Source: Prorocentrum cordatum (taxonomy: Eukaryota). From it: 64,000 nt of DNA. Below, in pieces: positions 46,901-60,423 of the stretch. The translations under genes and the position numbers were made by a program. Numbering within the stretch: position 1 is the first letter of the stretch; each line of letters begins with the position of its first letter. The DNA is taken from positions 1-64,000 of the forward strand of contig CAUYUJ010000298.1 of assembly GCA_963575745.1 (NCBI GenBank), in the 5' to 3' direction. The notes under the pieces are model-generated. The model made no database searches, was not told the DNA's origin, and worked only from the letters and a program-made list of their open reading frames with translations.

Positions 46901-49794
46901 TTGGTGGGTTTTCCTAATACCTCGTAAGCTCTTCGACATCGATGAGCTAGAGGAATTCCGGCGCGGGGTGGAGCTAGTTGGCCCACCCGGCCAGAAAGGA
47001 CAAAGTGACAATTTTTGGGTGGTTTTGCAATTTTTCGAAAGATATTTGACCATTTATTTTGAGAAAGCAGATTTTTCGCACCTGTAGACGACTATGAGGG
47101 ACTCCCCGTCTTAATATGAGCTCTCTAGATGCACGTTTACTATCAAAACACTTGGCGAAACCAACTTCATGTTGACATGAAAAAAAATGATGCTATCTCT
47201 TTTTCGAGAAATGCTTCCAGAAGCTTTCATTTTTGATGCTAGGTACTCTTACGCGTGTTAGGAGCTCTACGAGGTTCCCGGCAGTGACCAGGTTGACGGT
47301 TCACCGCCGGCGCCAGTTCCCGGAGAGCTCTCTAAGCGCTAAAAAGTGACTTGTAGAGCTTCCCTAAGCTAGCAGCAGGAAGCTTAAGAGTAATTCGGAC
47401 GCACTGGCGAGCTAGTTGGCTCGAAAAATCTCGACGGAACTTTTGGTGACTTCTGCTCAGTTGAAAATTATGTTATCAAAATTTGAACATTCGTTTGAGC
47501 TCTAGTATTTTTCCCGTGATATTCGATCTTATTCCCGCTCGCCATCTTGATCTCAGCTCGATCGGGTGAATATTACTATCGAAAAGCACTGTGGCGGGAT
47601 CGGCCATTTCGAGTCATCTTGATGCGCGCTGACGGTTTTCTGAACAACTCGAGCTTTAGGACAGCTACAGAGCTGGTAAGCACAGCTAGTCGATGTAGAA
47701 TGATCAGGCGCGTTCGCCTGTTGAATCCAGAGGTCTGAACTCGGTCTGTTAGCCGAGCTAGGCCCGCAAACCTATTCGTATTATTCGAGTCATCTTGACA
47801 GGAACTCTCGGTTTTCTGTACTTAACTCGAGCTGTAGGACAGCTACAGAGCTGATATTTACAGAAACCATTTCAGAATCATCAGTTGCGTTTGTCTGTCA
47901 AATCCAGAGCTCTGAACTTGGTCTGCTGCCCGATCTAGAATCGCGAAACTGTTCGTATTGGTCGAGTCATCTTGAGAAGTGCTCTCGGTTTCTTCACTCA
48001 ACTCGCGCTGAGGGGGGCTACAGTGCTGGTGGTCACAGGAATCGATTTGAAGACATCAGGCGCGTGTGCCTGTCGAATCCAGAGCTCGGAACTCGGTCCG
48101 CTGCCCGAATTAGGTCTGCGAAACTATTGTATTGTTCGAGTCATCCTGAGAGGTGCTGTCGGTTTTCTGCACTTAATTCGGGCTGTAGGGGGGCTGCAGG
48201 GCTGGTAATGACAGGAGTCGATTCGCAGACATCAGACGCGCTCGCCTGTCGCATTCAGAGGTCACATAATTTTCACTATGAGTTAGAATGTTGGTAGTTG
48301 CTGTCGGTTTTCTCAACTTAAGTCGAGCTAGGAAGCTCTACGAGTCTCCAGGCGGTAACCAAGGTTGACGGTTTACCGCCGGCGCCCAGTTTCAGATGAG
48401 AAGCAGGACGGTGGTAGTGCCAGCCAGGAGCTCCTCCACGGCGGTCCACGTCCGCCGCAGCAGCTCGCCCGTGCCGGCAGCGGCGGCGCTTCCCGCACGC
48501 GTCCACGCGTGCTGCACGCGTGCAGGCACGCATCGAGGCGTGATTGGCAGCGCGTTCGAAACGCTTCAGGAGCCCTCCGGACCTCTTCAGGAAATATTTC
48601 CCGTTCCCAAGGGTCTCTTCGCTCTCCGGGTTTCTCCGGAGAGCTCTCTGAGAGCTAAAGGGCGTTAGAGAAACAGCCAGACAGTGGTAGTGCCCTCAGA
48701 GGTTCCTCCACGGCGGTCCACGTCCGCCGCAGCAGCTCGCCGGTGCGGCAGTGGGTTCGGGGGCCCGCGCGCGTCTACTCGTGCCTGCGCGCGTGCAGAC
48801 ACGCATGGAGGCGTGATTGGCAGCGCGTTCGAAGCGCTTCAGGGAGCACCCCAGAGCTCTTCAGGAAATGCCTTGTAGGGCTCGTCGGCATCGATGAGCT
48901 AGAGGAATTCCGGCGCGGGGTGGAGCTAGTTGGCCGACCCGACCCTAAGAGACGCAGTGATGATTTTGGGTCGGTTTTGCTAATATTCCCGGAGAGTTCT
49001 CTGAGAGCTAGAAGGTTTTAGATTAGAAGCCGGACGGTGGTGGTGCCCGCCAGCAGCCCATCTTCGCCGCCCCGGAATCCTTGCAGCAGTTCGTTTAACC
49101 CGGCAACGGGTCCGGGGGCGCTTCCGGCACGCGTCCACGCGTGCGCAAAGGCACGCATGGGGGCGTGCCTGGCAGCGCTTTCGAAGCGCTTCAGGGGAGC
49201 CCCCCGGAGCTCTCCAGGGAAGATTTCCCCTACCTCGTACAGCTCTTCGTCAAGGGGCTAAGAGGAATTCAGGCGGGTGGAGCTAGTTGGCCGGCCCGAC
49301 CAAAAGAGAAGATGTTCCCGGGAAGCTCTCTGAGAGCTAGAAAGTTTTAGATTAGAAGCCGGGCGGTGGTGGTGCCCGCCAGCAGCCCATCTCCGCCGCT
49401 CCACGATCCTCGCAGCACCTCGCCCGAGCCGGCAGCGGGTCCGCAGCAAGGCAGGATCGCTTCAGATGGGTTTGGCAGAGCTCTGCAGGCGCCCCAGGAA
49501 GGTTTGACAGCATTGCAGGAAGGCAAGCGTCCACGCGTGCCTGCACGCGTGCAGGCACGCATGGGGGCGTGTCTGGCAATGCTTTCGGAGCGCTTCAGGG
49601 GAGCCCCAGAGAGCTCTCTAGGAAAGATTTCTTGTCCCGAAGGGTCTCCCTCTTCGGGTTTTGGACGCTGCCAAGTAGTACCTCGTAGAGCTCTCCGTTA
49701 TCGATGACCTAGAGGCATTCCGGCGCGGGGTGGAGCTAGTTGGTCGACCCGACCAGAAAAAGTGGTGACTTTGGGTCGGTTTTGTTCAGATTTG

Positions 49795-49818
49795 ATATAT
49801 ATATATATATATATATAT
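49795..49818. repeat. (AT)12 microsatellite inside an F1 element
   Basis: Perfect AT run at the gatat position of the F1 consensus. Confidence 0.95.
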
Positions 49819-52800
49819 GAGAATTCATTTTGAGAAAGCAGATTTTTACGCCGAGCATTGGCATGTGAACTTTGTTCCCTGAGCAGCTCAGCTCTCTGGA
49901 GCCAGTTTTAGTATCAGTTGACTTCCGGGAACCGACTGCATCTTCACTCCGAAAATCTCAATTTGACGCTTCTTTAGAAAAGCTGCAAGTTCTTAGCAAG
50001 TTTTTCGTAGAGCTCTTCGTGGTCGATGAGCAAAGAGGAATTCCGGCGCGGGGTGGAGCTAGTTGGCTGACCCGACCAAAAGAGACAATGTGACACATTT
50101 GGGTCGGTTTTCCTAAGATTTGAAAGATATTTGACAATTCATTTTGAGTAAGCAGATTTTCACGCCGATTATCGGCATATCAACTTTATTCCCTGAGCAG
50201 CTCAGCTCTCTAGAGCCAGTTTTAGTATCGGAAAATTAGGAGCAATCAACATGAAATCAACACGAACAAATGTGAATTCGTTTTTTGTTTTTTCTTCTTT
50301 TTTTTTGTGTTGTTTTTCTCTTCTTCTGGAAATACCCCGAGAAGCTCCCTGCTTCGATCCTGGGCACTCTTACGAGTGCAAGGAGCTCTACGAGGTTCCC
50401 GGCGGTGACCAGGTTGACGGTTCACCGCCGGCGCCAGTTGTGCCTCGTAGAGCTCTTCGGCATCGATGAGCTAGAGGAATTCCGGCGCGGAGTGGAGCTA
50501 GTACCTCGTAGAGCTGTCGGCATCGATGAGCTAGAGGAATTCCGGCGCGGGGTGGAGCTAGTAACTCGTAGAGCTTCCCCCAGCAAGTTATTGCTGGAAG
50601 CTCAAGAATAACTCGTAGAGCTTCCCTCAGCAAGTTATTGCTGGAACTCGTAGAGCTCCCCTTAGCTAGTTGCTGGAAGCTTAAGAGTAATTCCGGCGCG
50701 CTGGAGAGCTAGTTGGCAAGAAAAATCTCGACAGACCTTTTGCTGACTTTTGGTCGTTTGAAAATACCTCGCATAGCTCTTCGACATCGATGAGCTAGAG
50801 GAATTCCAGCGCGGGGTGGAGCTAGTCCCTCGTAGAGCTCTTCGGCATCGAAGAGCTAGAAGAATTCCGGCGCGGGCTGGAGCTAGTTGGCCCACCCGGC
50901 CGGGGCGGACAATGTGACAACTTTTGGGTGATGTTGCGAATATTTCAAAGATATTTGACCATTTATTTTGAGAAAGCAGATGTTTCGCACCTGTGGACGA
51001 CTATGAGGGCCTCTGCGTCTTAATATGAGCTCTCTAGGTGCACTTTTACGATCAAAACACTTGACGAAACCAACTTTATGTCGACCTGAAAAACATCATG
51101 TTTTCTCTTTTTCGAGAAATGCTTCGAGAAGCCCTCACTTTTGATGCTGAGCACTCTTTGGCGTGCAAGGAGCTCTACGAGGTTCCGGCGGTGACCAGGT
51201 TGACGGTTCACCGCCGGCGCCAGTTGGTAGACCCAGCCAGAAAGGACAAAGTGGTGACTTTGGGTTGGTTTTGCTAAGATTTGAGAGATATTTCACAATT
51301 CATTCTGAGAAACCAGATTTTTCGCACCTGTAGTGGGTTATGCCGCGCTTGCCAGTACAATGTTTAGGTCCGTAGGTGCAGTATTACTATTATCCAAACA
51401 CGTGGCGGAACCGACGTTGGATAAAAACAGAAAAACATGTTTTTTCGAGTTTTTCGTTTCTCGCTCCAGAAGCTTTCTGCAAGTGTTCCGACGATCGCCG
51501 TGGAAGAGAAGAGCTCTACGAGCTTCCCGGCGGTGACCAGGTTGAGGGTTCACCGCCGGCGCCAGTTTTGTTTTCGAAATTCAACAATTCGTTTGAGCTC
51601 TAGTATTGCTTCTGACCATATTCGATCTTATTCCCGCTCGTCATCTTAACCTCAGCTCGATCGGGTAAATATTTCTGCAAAAAAGCGTCGCGGCGGGATC
51701 GGCTGTTTCGAGTCATCTTGATACGCGTTGTCGGTATTTTGTATTCAACTCGAGCTGCAGGGCAGCTAAAGAGCTCATACTCACAGAAATCGATTGCCAG
51801 TCATCAGGCGCGTTCGTCTGTTCCATCCAGAGGTCTGAACTCGGTCTGCTGCCCGAGCTAGGTTCGCGAAGCTATTTGTATTGTTCGAGTCATCTTGAGA
51901 GGTGCTGTCAGTTTTCTGCACTTAACTCGGGCTGTAGGGGGGCTACAGGGCTCGTGCTCACAGGAATCGATTCAGAGACATCAGCCGCGTCTGCGCGCCA
52001 AATCCAGAGCTCAGACCTCGATGTGCTGCCCGAGCTGGGTTTGCAAAACTGTTCGTATTCGTCGAGTCATCTTGAGAGGTGCTGTCCGTTTTCTGCTGTC
52101 AACTCGAGCTCTGAGGGGGCTGCAGGGCTGGTTATTACTGGAATCGATTCGGAGAAATCAGTTGCGTCCGTCTGTCACATCGAGAGCTCTGAACTCGGTG
52201 TGCTGCCCGAGCTAGGTCCGCGAAACTATTCGTATTGTTCGAGTCATCTTCAGAGGTGCTGTCGGTTTGGGCTGTAAGGGGGCTGCAGGGCTGGTAATCA
52301 CAGGAATCGATCCAGAGACATCAGGCGCGTCCGCCAGTTGCATTCAGAGGTCTGAACTCGGTCTGATACTCGAGCTACTTACGCGAAACTATTTGTATTG
52401 TTCGAGTGATCTTGAGAGGTGCTGTCGATTTTTGCACGTAACTCGGGCTGTAGGAGAGCTGCGGAGCTCGTTCGCACAGAAAACGATCCAGAAGCATGAG
52501 GGGCGTTCGGCTGTTGCATCGAGAGGTCTGAAATCGCATGGGCTGAAACTATTCGTTCTCAGCAATTCTTTTTACATTATATATGGTCAGGAAGCTCTAC
52601 GAGTCCCCCGGCGGTAAGGAAGGTTGACGGTTTACCGCCGGCGCCCAGTTCGGGGCGCTGGAGAGCTAGTTGGCAGGAAAAATCTCGACGGACCTTTTGC
52701 TGACTCTTGGTCGGTTGAAAATTCTGTTCTCGAAACTCCTCAATTCGTTTGAGATCTAGTATTTTTTCCCGTGGTATTCGATCTTATTCCCGCTCGCCAT

Positions 52801-55800
52801 CTTGATCTCAGCTCGATCGGGTATCTTTTACTGCCAAAAAGCACACTGGCGGGATCGGCCGTTTCGAGTTATCTTCATACGCGTTGTCGGTATTTTTGTG
52901 CTTAACTCGAGCTGTAGGGCAGCTACAGAGCTGGTAAGCACACCTATTCCATTGAGAATCATCAGGCGCGTTCGTCTGTTGAATCCAAAGGTCTGAACTC
53001 GGTCTGCTAGCCGAGCTAGGCCCGCAAACCTATTCGTATTATTCGAGTCATCTTGACAGACGCTCTCGGTTTTCTGTACTCAACTCGAGCTATATAACAG
53101 CTACAGAGCTGATACTTACAGAAACTGATTCAGAATGGTCAGTCGCGCTCGTCTGTTGAATGGAGAGCTCTCAACTCGGTCTGCTGCCCGATCTAGAATC
53201 GCAAAACTATTCGTATTGCTCGAGTCAGCTTGAGAGGTGCTGTCGGGTCTCTGTATTCAACTCGGGCTGCAGTGCTGGCAGTCACAGGGATCGATTTCAA
53301 AACATCAGGCGCGTCCGCCTGTCGAACCCAGAGCTCGGAACTCGGTCTGCTGCCCGAACTAGGTCCGCAAAACTATTCGTACTGTTCAAGTCATCCTGAG
53401 AGGTGCTGTTGGTTTTCTACACTCAACTCGGGCTGCAGAGGGGCTGCAGGGCTGGTAATCACAGGAATCGATTCGGAGACATCAGACGCGCCCATCTGTC
53501 GCATTCAGAGGTCTGGAATCGGTCTGATACTCGAGCTAGGTTTGCCAAACTATTCGTATTGTTCGATTCATCTTAGAGGTGCTGTCGATTTACGCACGTT
53601 ACTCGGGCTGAAGGAGGGCTACAGAGCTCGTACATCCAAAAGCATCGGGGGCGTTCGGCTGTTGCATCGAGAGGTCTGAAATCGCTTGGGCTGAAAAATT
53701 AGTCGTTCTCAACAATTTTTTCTCACATTATATATTGCCGGGAAGCTCTACGAGCCCCCCGGCGGTAAGAAAGGTTGACGGTTTACCGCCGGCGCCCAGT
53801 AACTCGTAGAGCTTCCCTTAGCAAGTTATTGCTGGAAGCTTAAGAGTAATTCCGGAGCGCTGGAGAGCTAGTTGGCAAGAATAATCTCGACGGACCTTTT
53901 GGTGACTTTTGGTCGGTTAAAAATAACTCGTAGAGCTTCCCTTAGCTAGTTGTTAGAGACTTAAGAGTAATTCCGGCGCGCTGGAGAGCTAGTTGGCAAT
54001 CAAAATCTAGACGGACCTTTTGGTGATTTTTGGTCGGTTGAAAATTTTGTGCTCGAAATAACTCGTAGAGCTTCCCTTAGCAAGTTAATGCTCGAAGCTT
54101 AAGAGTAATTCCGGAGCGCTGGAGAGCTAGTTGGCAAGAAAAATCTCGACGGACCTTTTGGTGACTTTTGGTCGGTTGAAAATAACTCGTAGAGCTTCCC
54201 TTAGCTAGTTGCTGGAAGCTTAAGAGTAATTCCGGCGCGCTGGAGAGCTAGTTGGCAAGAAAAATCTCGACGGACCTTTTGGTGACTTTAGGTCGGTTGA
54301 AACTTTTGTTCTCGAAATTCAACAATTCGTTTGAGTTCTAGTATTCTTTCTGACCATATTCGATCTTATTCCCGCTCGCCTTCTTAATCTCAGCTCGATC
54401 GGGTAAATATTTCTGCAAAAAAGCATCGCGGCGGGATCGGCTCTTTCGAGTCATCTTGAAACGCGTTGTCGCTATTTTGCACTTAACTCGAGCTGTAGGG
54501 CAGCTACAGAGCTCATTCTTACAGGAATCGATTGCAAATCATCAGGCGCGTTCGTCTGTCCCATCTAGAGGTCTGAACTCGGTCTGCTGCCCAAGCTAGG
54601 TCCGTAAAACTATTCGTGTTGTTCGCGTCATCTTGAGAGGTGCTGTCAGTTTTCTGCACTTAACTCGGGCTGTAGGGTTGCAACAGGGCTCGTACTGACA
54701 GGAATCGATTCGGAGACATCAGGCGCGTCCGCCTGCCGAATCCAGAGCTCAGAGCTCGGTGTGCTGCCCGAGCTAGGTTTGTATTCGTGGAGTCATCTTC
54801 AGAGCTGCTCTCCGTTTTCTGCACTTAACTCGAGCTGTAAGGGGGCTGCAGGGCTGGTAATCACTGGAATCGATTCGGAGACATCAGTCGCGTCCAGCTG
54901 TCGCATTCAGAGCCCTGAACTCGGCCTGCTGCCTCCGCGAAACTATTCGTATTGTTCGAGTCATCTTCAGAGGTGCTGTCGATTTTCTGCACTTAACTCG
55001 GGCTGTAAGGGGGCTGCAGGGCTGGTAATCACAGGAATCGATTCGGAGACATCAGGCGCGTCCGCCTGTTGCATTCAGATGTCTGAACTCGGTCTGGTAC
55101 TCGAGCTAGATTCGCGAGACTATTTGTATTGTTCGAGTGATCTTGAGAGGTGCTGCCGATTTTCGCACGTAACTCGGGCTGTAGGAGAGCTACGGAGCTC
55201 GTGCGCACAGAAAACAATCCAGAAGCATGAGGAAGTTTGGCTGTTGCATCGAGAGGTCTGAAATCGTGTAGGCTGAAAAACTATTCGTTCTCTGCAGTTT
55301 TTTTTCGACATTATATATGGTCAGGAAGCTCTACGAGTCCCCCGGCGGTAAGGAAGGTTGACGGTTTACCGCGGGCGCCCAGTGTCGTTCCCGAAATTCA
55401 ACAATTCGTTTGAGCTCTAGTAACTCGTAGAGCTTCCCTTAGCAAGTTATTGCTGGAAGCTTAACAGTAGTTCCGGGGCGCTGGAGAGCTAGTTGGCAAG
55501 AAACATATCGACGGACCTTCTTGGTGACTTTTGGTCGGTTGAAAATTTTGTTTTCGAAATTCAACAATTCGTTTGAGCTCGAGTATTTTTTCCCATGATA
55601 TTCGATCTTATTACCGCTCGCCATCTCGATCTCGCCTCGATCGGGTATCTTTTACTGCCAAAAAGCACACGGGCGGGATCGGCCTTTTCAAGTCATCTTG
55701 ACACGAGATGACGGTTTTCTGAACATAACTCGAGCTTTAGGACAGCTACAGAGCTGGTGAGCACAGCTAATCGGTTCAGAATGATCAGGCGCGGTCGCCT

Positions 55801-58800
55801 GTTGAATCCAGGTCTGAACTCGGTCTGCTAGCCGAGCTAGGTCCGCAAACCTATTCGTATTATTCGAGTCATCTTGACAGACGCTCTCGATTTTCTGTAC
55901 TTCACTCGAGCAACAGGACAGCTACAGAGCTGATAGGACAGAAACCGAGTCAGAATCATCAGTGGCAGTTGTCTGTTGAATCCGGAGCTGCACTCGGTCT
56001 GCTGCCCGATCTAGAATCGCGAAACCGTTCGTATTGTTCGAGTCATCTTGAGAAGTGCTCTCGGTCTTCTGCACTCAACTCGGGCTGAGGGGGGCTACAG
56101 TGCTGGTGGTCACAAGAATCGATTTGAAGACATCAGGATCGTCCGTCTGTCGAATCCAGAGCTCGGAACTCGGTCTGCTGCCCGAACTAGAATCGCGAAA
56201 CTATTGTATGTCATCCTGAGAGGCGCTCTCTGTTTTTTGTGTACTTAACTGGGGCTGTAGGGGGGGTTACAGTGCTGGTCACAGGAATCGATTCGCAGGC
56301 ATCAGATGCGTCCGCCTGTCGCATTCAGAGGGCTGAACTCGGTTTGATACTCGAGCTGGGTTTCCAACCTATTCGTTTTGTAGAGTCATCTTGAGAGGTG
56401 CTGTCGGTTTCCGCCCGTAACTCAAGGAGAGCTACAGAGCTCGTAAACAAGACAATCCAAAAGCATAGGGGGCGTTCGGCTGTTGGATCGAGAGGTCTGA
56501 AATCGCTTGGGCTGAAAAACGGTTCGTTCTCTGCATTTTTTCCCCCATTATATATTGTTAGGAAGCTCTACGAGTCCCCCGGAGGTAAGAAAGGTTGACG
56601 GTTTACCGCCGGCGCCCAGTATCTTTTCTGACCATATTCGATCTTATTCCCGCTCGCCTTCTTAATCTCAGCTCGATCGGGTAAATATTTCTGCAAAAAA
56701 GCATCGCGGCGGGATCGGATGTTTCGAGTCATCTTGATACGCGTTGTCGGTATTTTGTACTTAACTCGAGCTGTAGGGCAGCTACAGAGCTCATTCTCAC
56801 AGAAATCGATTGCAAATCATCAGGCGCGTTCGTCTGTTCCATCTAGAGGTCTGAACTCGGTCTGCTGCCAGAGCTAGGTTCGCGAAGCTATTCGTGTTGT
56901 TGGAGTCATCTTGAGAGGTGCTGACAGTTTTCTGCACTTAACTCGGGCTGTAGGGGGGCTACAGGGCTCGTGCTCACAGAAATCGATTCGGAGACATCAG
57001 GCGCGTCCGCCTGCCGAATACAGAGCTCGGAACTCGGTGTGCTGCCCGACCTAGGTTCGCAAAACTATTCGTATTCGTCGAGTCATCTTGAGAGGTGCTG
57101 TCCGTTTTCTGCACTTAACTCGAGCTGTAAGGGGGCTGCAGGGCTGGTAATCACTGGAATCGATTCGGAGACATCAGTCGCGTCCAGCTGTCGCATTCAG
57201 AGCCCTGAACTCGGCCTGCTGCCGGAGCTAGATCCGCGAAAATATTCGTATTGTTCGAGTCATCTTCAGAGGTGCTGTCGATTTTCTGCACTTAACTCGG
57301 GCTGTAAGGGGGCTGCAGGGCTGGTAATCACAGGAATCGGTTCGGAGACATCAGGCGCGTCCGCCTGTTGCATTCAGATGTCTGAACTCGGTCTGATACT
57401 CGAGCTAGATTCGCGAAACTATTTGTATTGTTCGAGTGATCTCGAGAGGTGCTGTCGATTTTCGCACGTAACTCGGGCTGTAGGAGAGCAGCGGAGCTCG
57501 TGCGCACAGAAAACGATCCAGAAGCATGAGGGGCGTTTGGCTGTTGCATCGAGAGGTCTGAAATCGTTTAGGCTGAAAAACTATTCGTTCTCTGCAATTT
57601 TGTTCGACATTATATATGCTAAGGAAGCTCTACGAGTCCCCCGACGGTAAGGAAGGTTGACGGTTTACCGCCGGCGCCCAGTTCCTCAATTCGTTTGAGC
57701 TCTAGTATTTTTTCCCGTGATATTCGATCTATTCCCGCTCGCCGTCTTGATATCAGCTCGATCGGGTACCTTTTACTGCCATAAAGCACACTGGCGGGAT
57801 CGGCCGTTTCGAGTCATCTTGATACGCGTTGTCGGTATTTTCTACTTAACTCGAGCTGTAGGGGAGCTACAGAGCTGGTAAGCACACCTATTCCATTCAG
57901 AATCATCAGGCGCGTTCGTCTGTTGCATCTAGAGGTCTGAACTCGGTCTGCTAGTCGAGCTAGGTCCGTAAACCTATTCGTATTATTCGAGTCATCTTGA
58001 CAGACGCTCTCGGTTTTCTGTACTTATCTCGAGCTATATAACAGCTACAGAGCTGATAATTACAGAAACCGATTCATAATGATCATTCGTGTTCGTCTGT
58101 TGAATGCAGAGCTCTCAACTCGGTCTGCTGCCCGATCTAGAATCGCGAAACTGTTCGTATTGTTCGAGTCAGCTTGAGAGGTACCGTTGGGTCTCTGTGC
58201 TCAACCCGGGCTGTGGGGGGGCCACAGTGCTGGCAGTTACAGGAATCGATTTGAAGACATCAGGCGCGTTCGCCTGTCGAATCCAGAGCTCGGAACTCGG
58301 TCTGCTGCTCGAACTAGGTCCGCAAAACTATTCGTATTGTTCGAGTCATCCTGAGAGGTGCTGTCGGTTCTCTGCACTCAACTCGGGCTGTAGAGGGCTG
58401 CAGGGCTGGTAATCACAGGAATCGATTCGGAGATATCAGACGCGACCGCCTGTCGCGTTCAGAGGTCTGAAATTATTCGTATTGTTCGATTCATCTTGAG
58501 AGGTGCTGTCGATTTACGCATGTTACTCGGGCTCTACGAGGGCTACGGAGCTCGTAAAGAAGACAATCCAGAAGCATCGGGGGCGTTCGGCTGTTGCATC
58601 GAGAGGTCTGAAATCGCTTGGGCTGAACAATTATTCGTTCTCAACAGTTTTTTCACATTATATATTGTCAGGAAGCTCTACGAGTCCCCCGGCGGTAAGA
58701 AAGGTTGACGGTTTACCGCCGGCGCCCAGTTGGACCACCCGACCAGAAGAGACAATGTGGCAACTTTGGGGTTGGTTTTTCCCGGAGAGCTCTCTGAGAG

Positions 58801-59130
58801 CAAGAGGGTTTTAGATTAGAAGCCAGACAGTGGTGGTGCCCGCCAGCAGCCCACCCCCGCCGCTCCACGATCCCCGCAGCAGATCGCCCGTGCCGGCAGC
58901 GGGTTCGGGGGCGCTTCCAGCACGCGCCCACGCGTGCCCTGCGCGCGCGCAGGCACGCGTGGAAGCGTTTCTCTGGCAGCGCTTCAGAAGCGCTTCTGGT
59001 GAGCTCCCGAGAGCCCTCCAGGGAAGATTTCCCGTTCCGATTCCGAAGGTCTCTTCGCTCTGCAGGTTTTAGACGCTACCAAGTAACTTGTTGAGCTTCC
59101 ATTAGCTAGTTGCTGGAAGCTTACGAGTAA

Positions 59131-59352
59131 TACCTCGTAGACCTCTTCGGCATCGATGAGCTAGAGGAATACCTTGTAGAGCTCTTCGGCATCGTTGAGC
59201 TAGGGGAATTCCGGCGCGGGGTGGAGCTAGTACCTCGTAGAGCTCTTCGTTATCGATGAGCTAGAGGAATTCCGGCGCGGGGTGGAGCTAGTACCTCGTA
59301 GAGCTTTTCGTCATCGATGAGCTAGAGGAATTCCGGCGCGGGGTGGAGCTAG
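59131..59352 (+). repeat. Stack of F1 5' heads (61-bp period)
   Basis: Heads start at 59131 (truncated), 59170, 59231 and 59292. Each complete head ends GGTGGAGCTAG. Confidence 0.9.
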
Positions 59353-60024
59353 TTGGCCCACCCGGCTGGGGCGGACAAATTGGTGACTTTTGGTCGGTTT
59401 TGCGAAAATTTGAAAGATATTTAAAAATTCATTTTGAGAAAGCAGATTTTTGCGCGTCTCAGTGGCATGTAAACTCCTCTCTGACAGCAGCTCAGCTCTC
59501 CCGATGTATTTTCTTGTGAGTTGACTTCCGGGAACTGAGCGAATGTGAACATCGAAAAAATCAAAAGTAAAGATTTTCGAAAAATCTCTATTTCTTTACT
59601 CTACTTCGATTCTCAGCACTCTTTCCAGTGTGAGGAGCTCCACGAGGTTCCCGGCGGTGACTAGGTTGATGGTTCACCGCCGGCGCCAGTTGGTCGACCC
59701 GACCAGAAAGGACAAAGTGGTGACTTTGGGTCGGTTTTGCTCAGATTTGAAAGATATTTGATAATTCATTTTCAAAAAACAGAATTTTTACGCCGAGCAT
59801 TGGCATATATACTTTGTTCGCTCAGCAGCTCAGCTCTCTAGAGCCAGTTTTAGTATTAGTTGACTTCCGGGGACCGACTTCTTGACTCCAACAATGTTAA
59901 TTTTACGTTTTTCTAGAAAAGCTCCCAGAAGCTCTCCGCTTCGATCCTGAGCTTACTTACGGGTGCAAGGAGCTCTACGAGGTTCCCGGCGGTGACCAGG
60001 TTGACGGTTCACCGCCGGCGCCAG

Positions 60025-60423
60025 TACCTCGTAGAGCTCTTCGGCATCGATGAGCTAGAGGAATTCCGGCGCGGGGTGGAGCTAGTTGGACCACCCGATC
60101 AAAAGAGACAGTGTGACAACTTCGGGTCGGTTTTCCTAAGATTTGGGAGATATTTGACAATTGATTTTGAGAAACCAGATTTTTCGCACCTGTAAACGAC
60201 TATGAGAGTCTCTGCGTCGAAATGTGAGCTCTGTAGGCGCACATTTACTATCAAAACACTTGGGGCAACCATCTTCATGTCGACATGACAAAAAATCAAT
60301 GTTGGATGTTTCGAGAAATGCCTCCAAAAGCTCTCTCTCCCAACTCTGAGCTCTCTCATGAGTGAAAAGAGCTCTACGAGGTTCCTGGCGGTGACCGGGT
60401 TGACGGTTCACGGCCGGCGCCAG
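60025..60423 (+). mobile_element. F1 element, full-length (399 bp), placed directly after the CCAG end of another F1
   Basis: Left junction …ggcgccag|tacctcgtag and right junction …ggcgccag|ttggccgaacc. Confidence 0.85.

Noticed and set aside
59131..59352. Regular 61-bp repeats resembling a CRISPR array
   Set aside because: No unique spacers and no cas genes. The units are F1 5' heads with matching bodies downstream.
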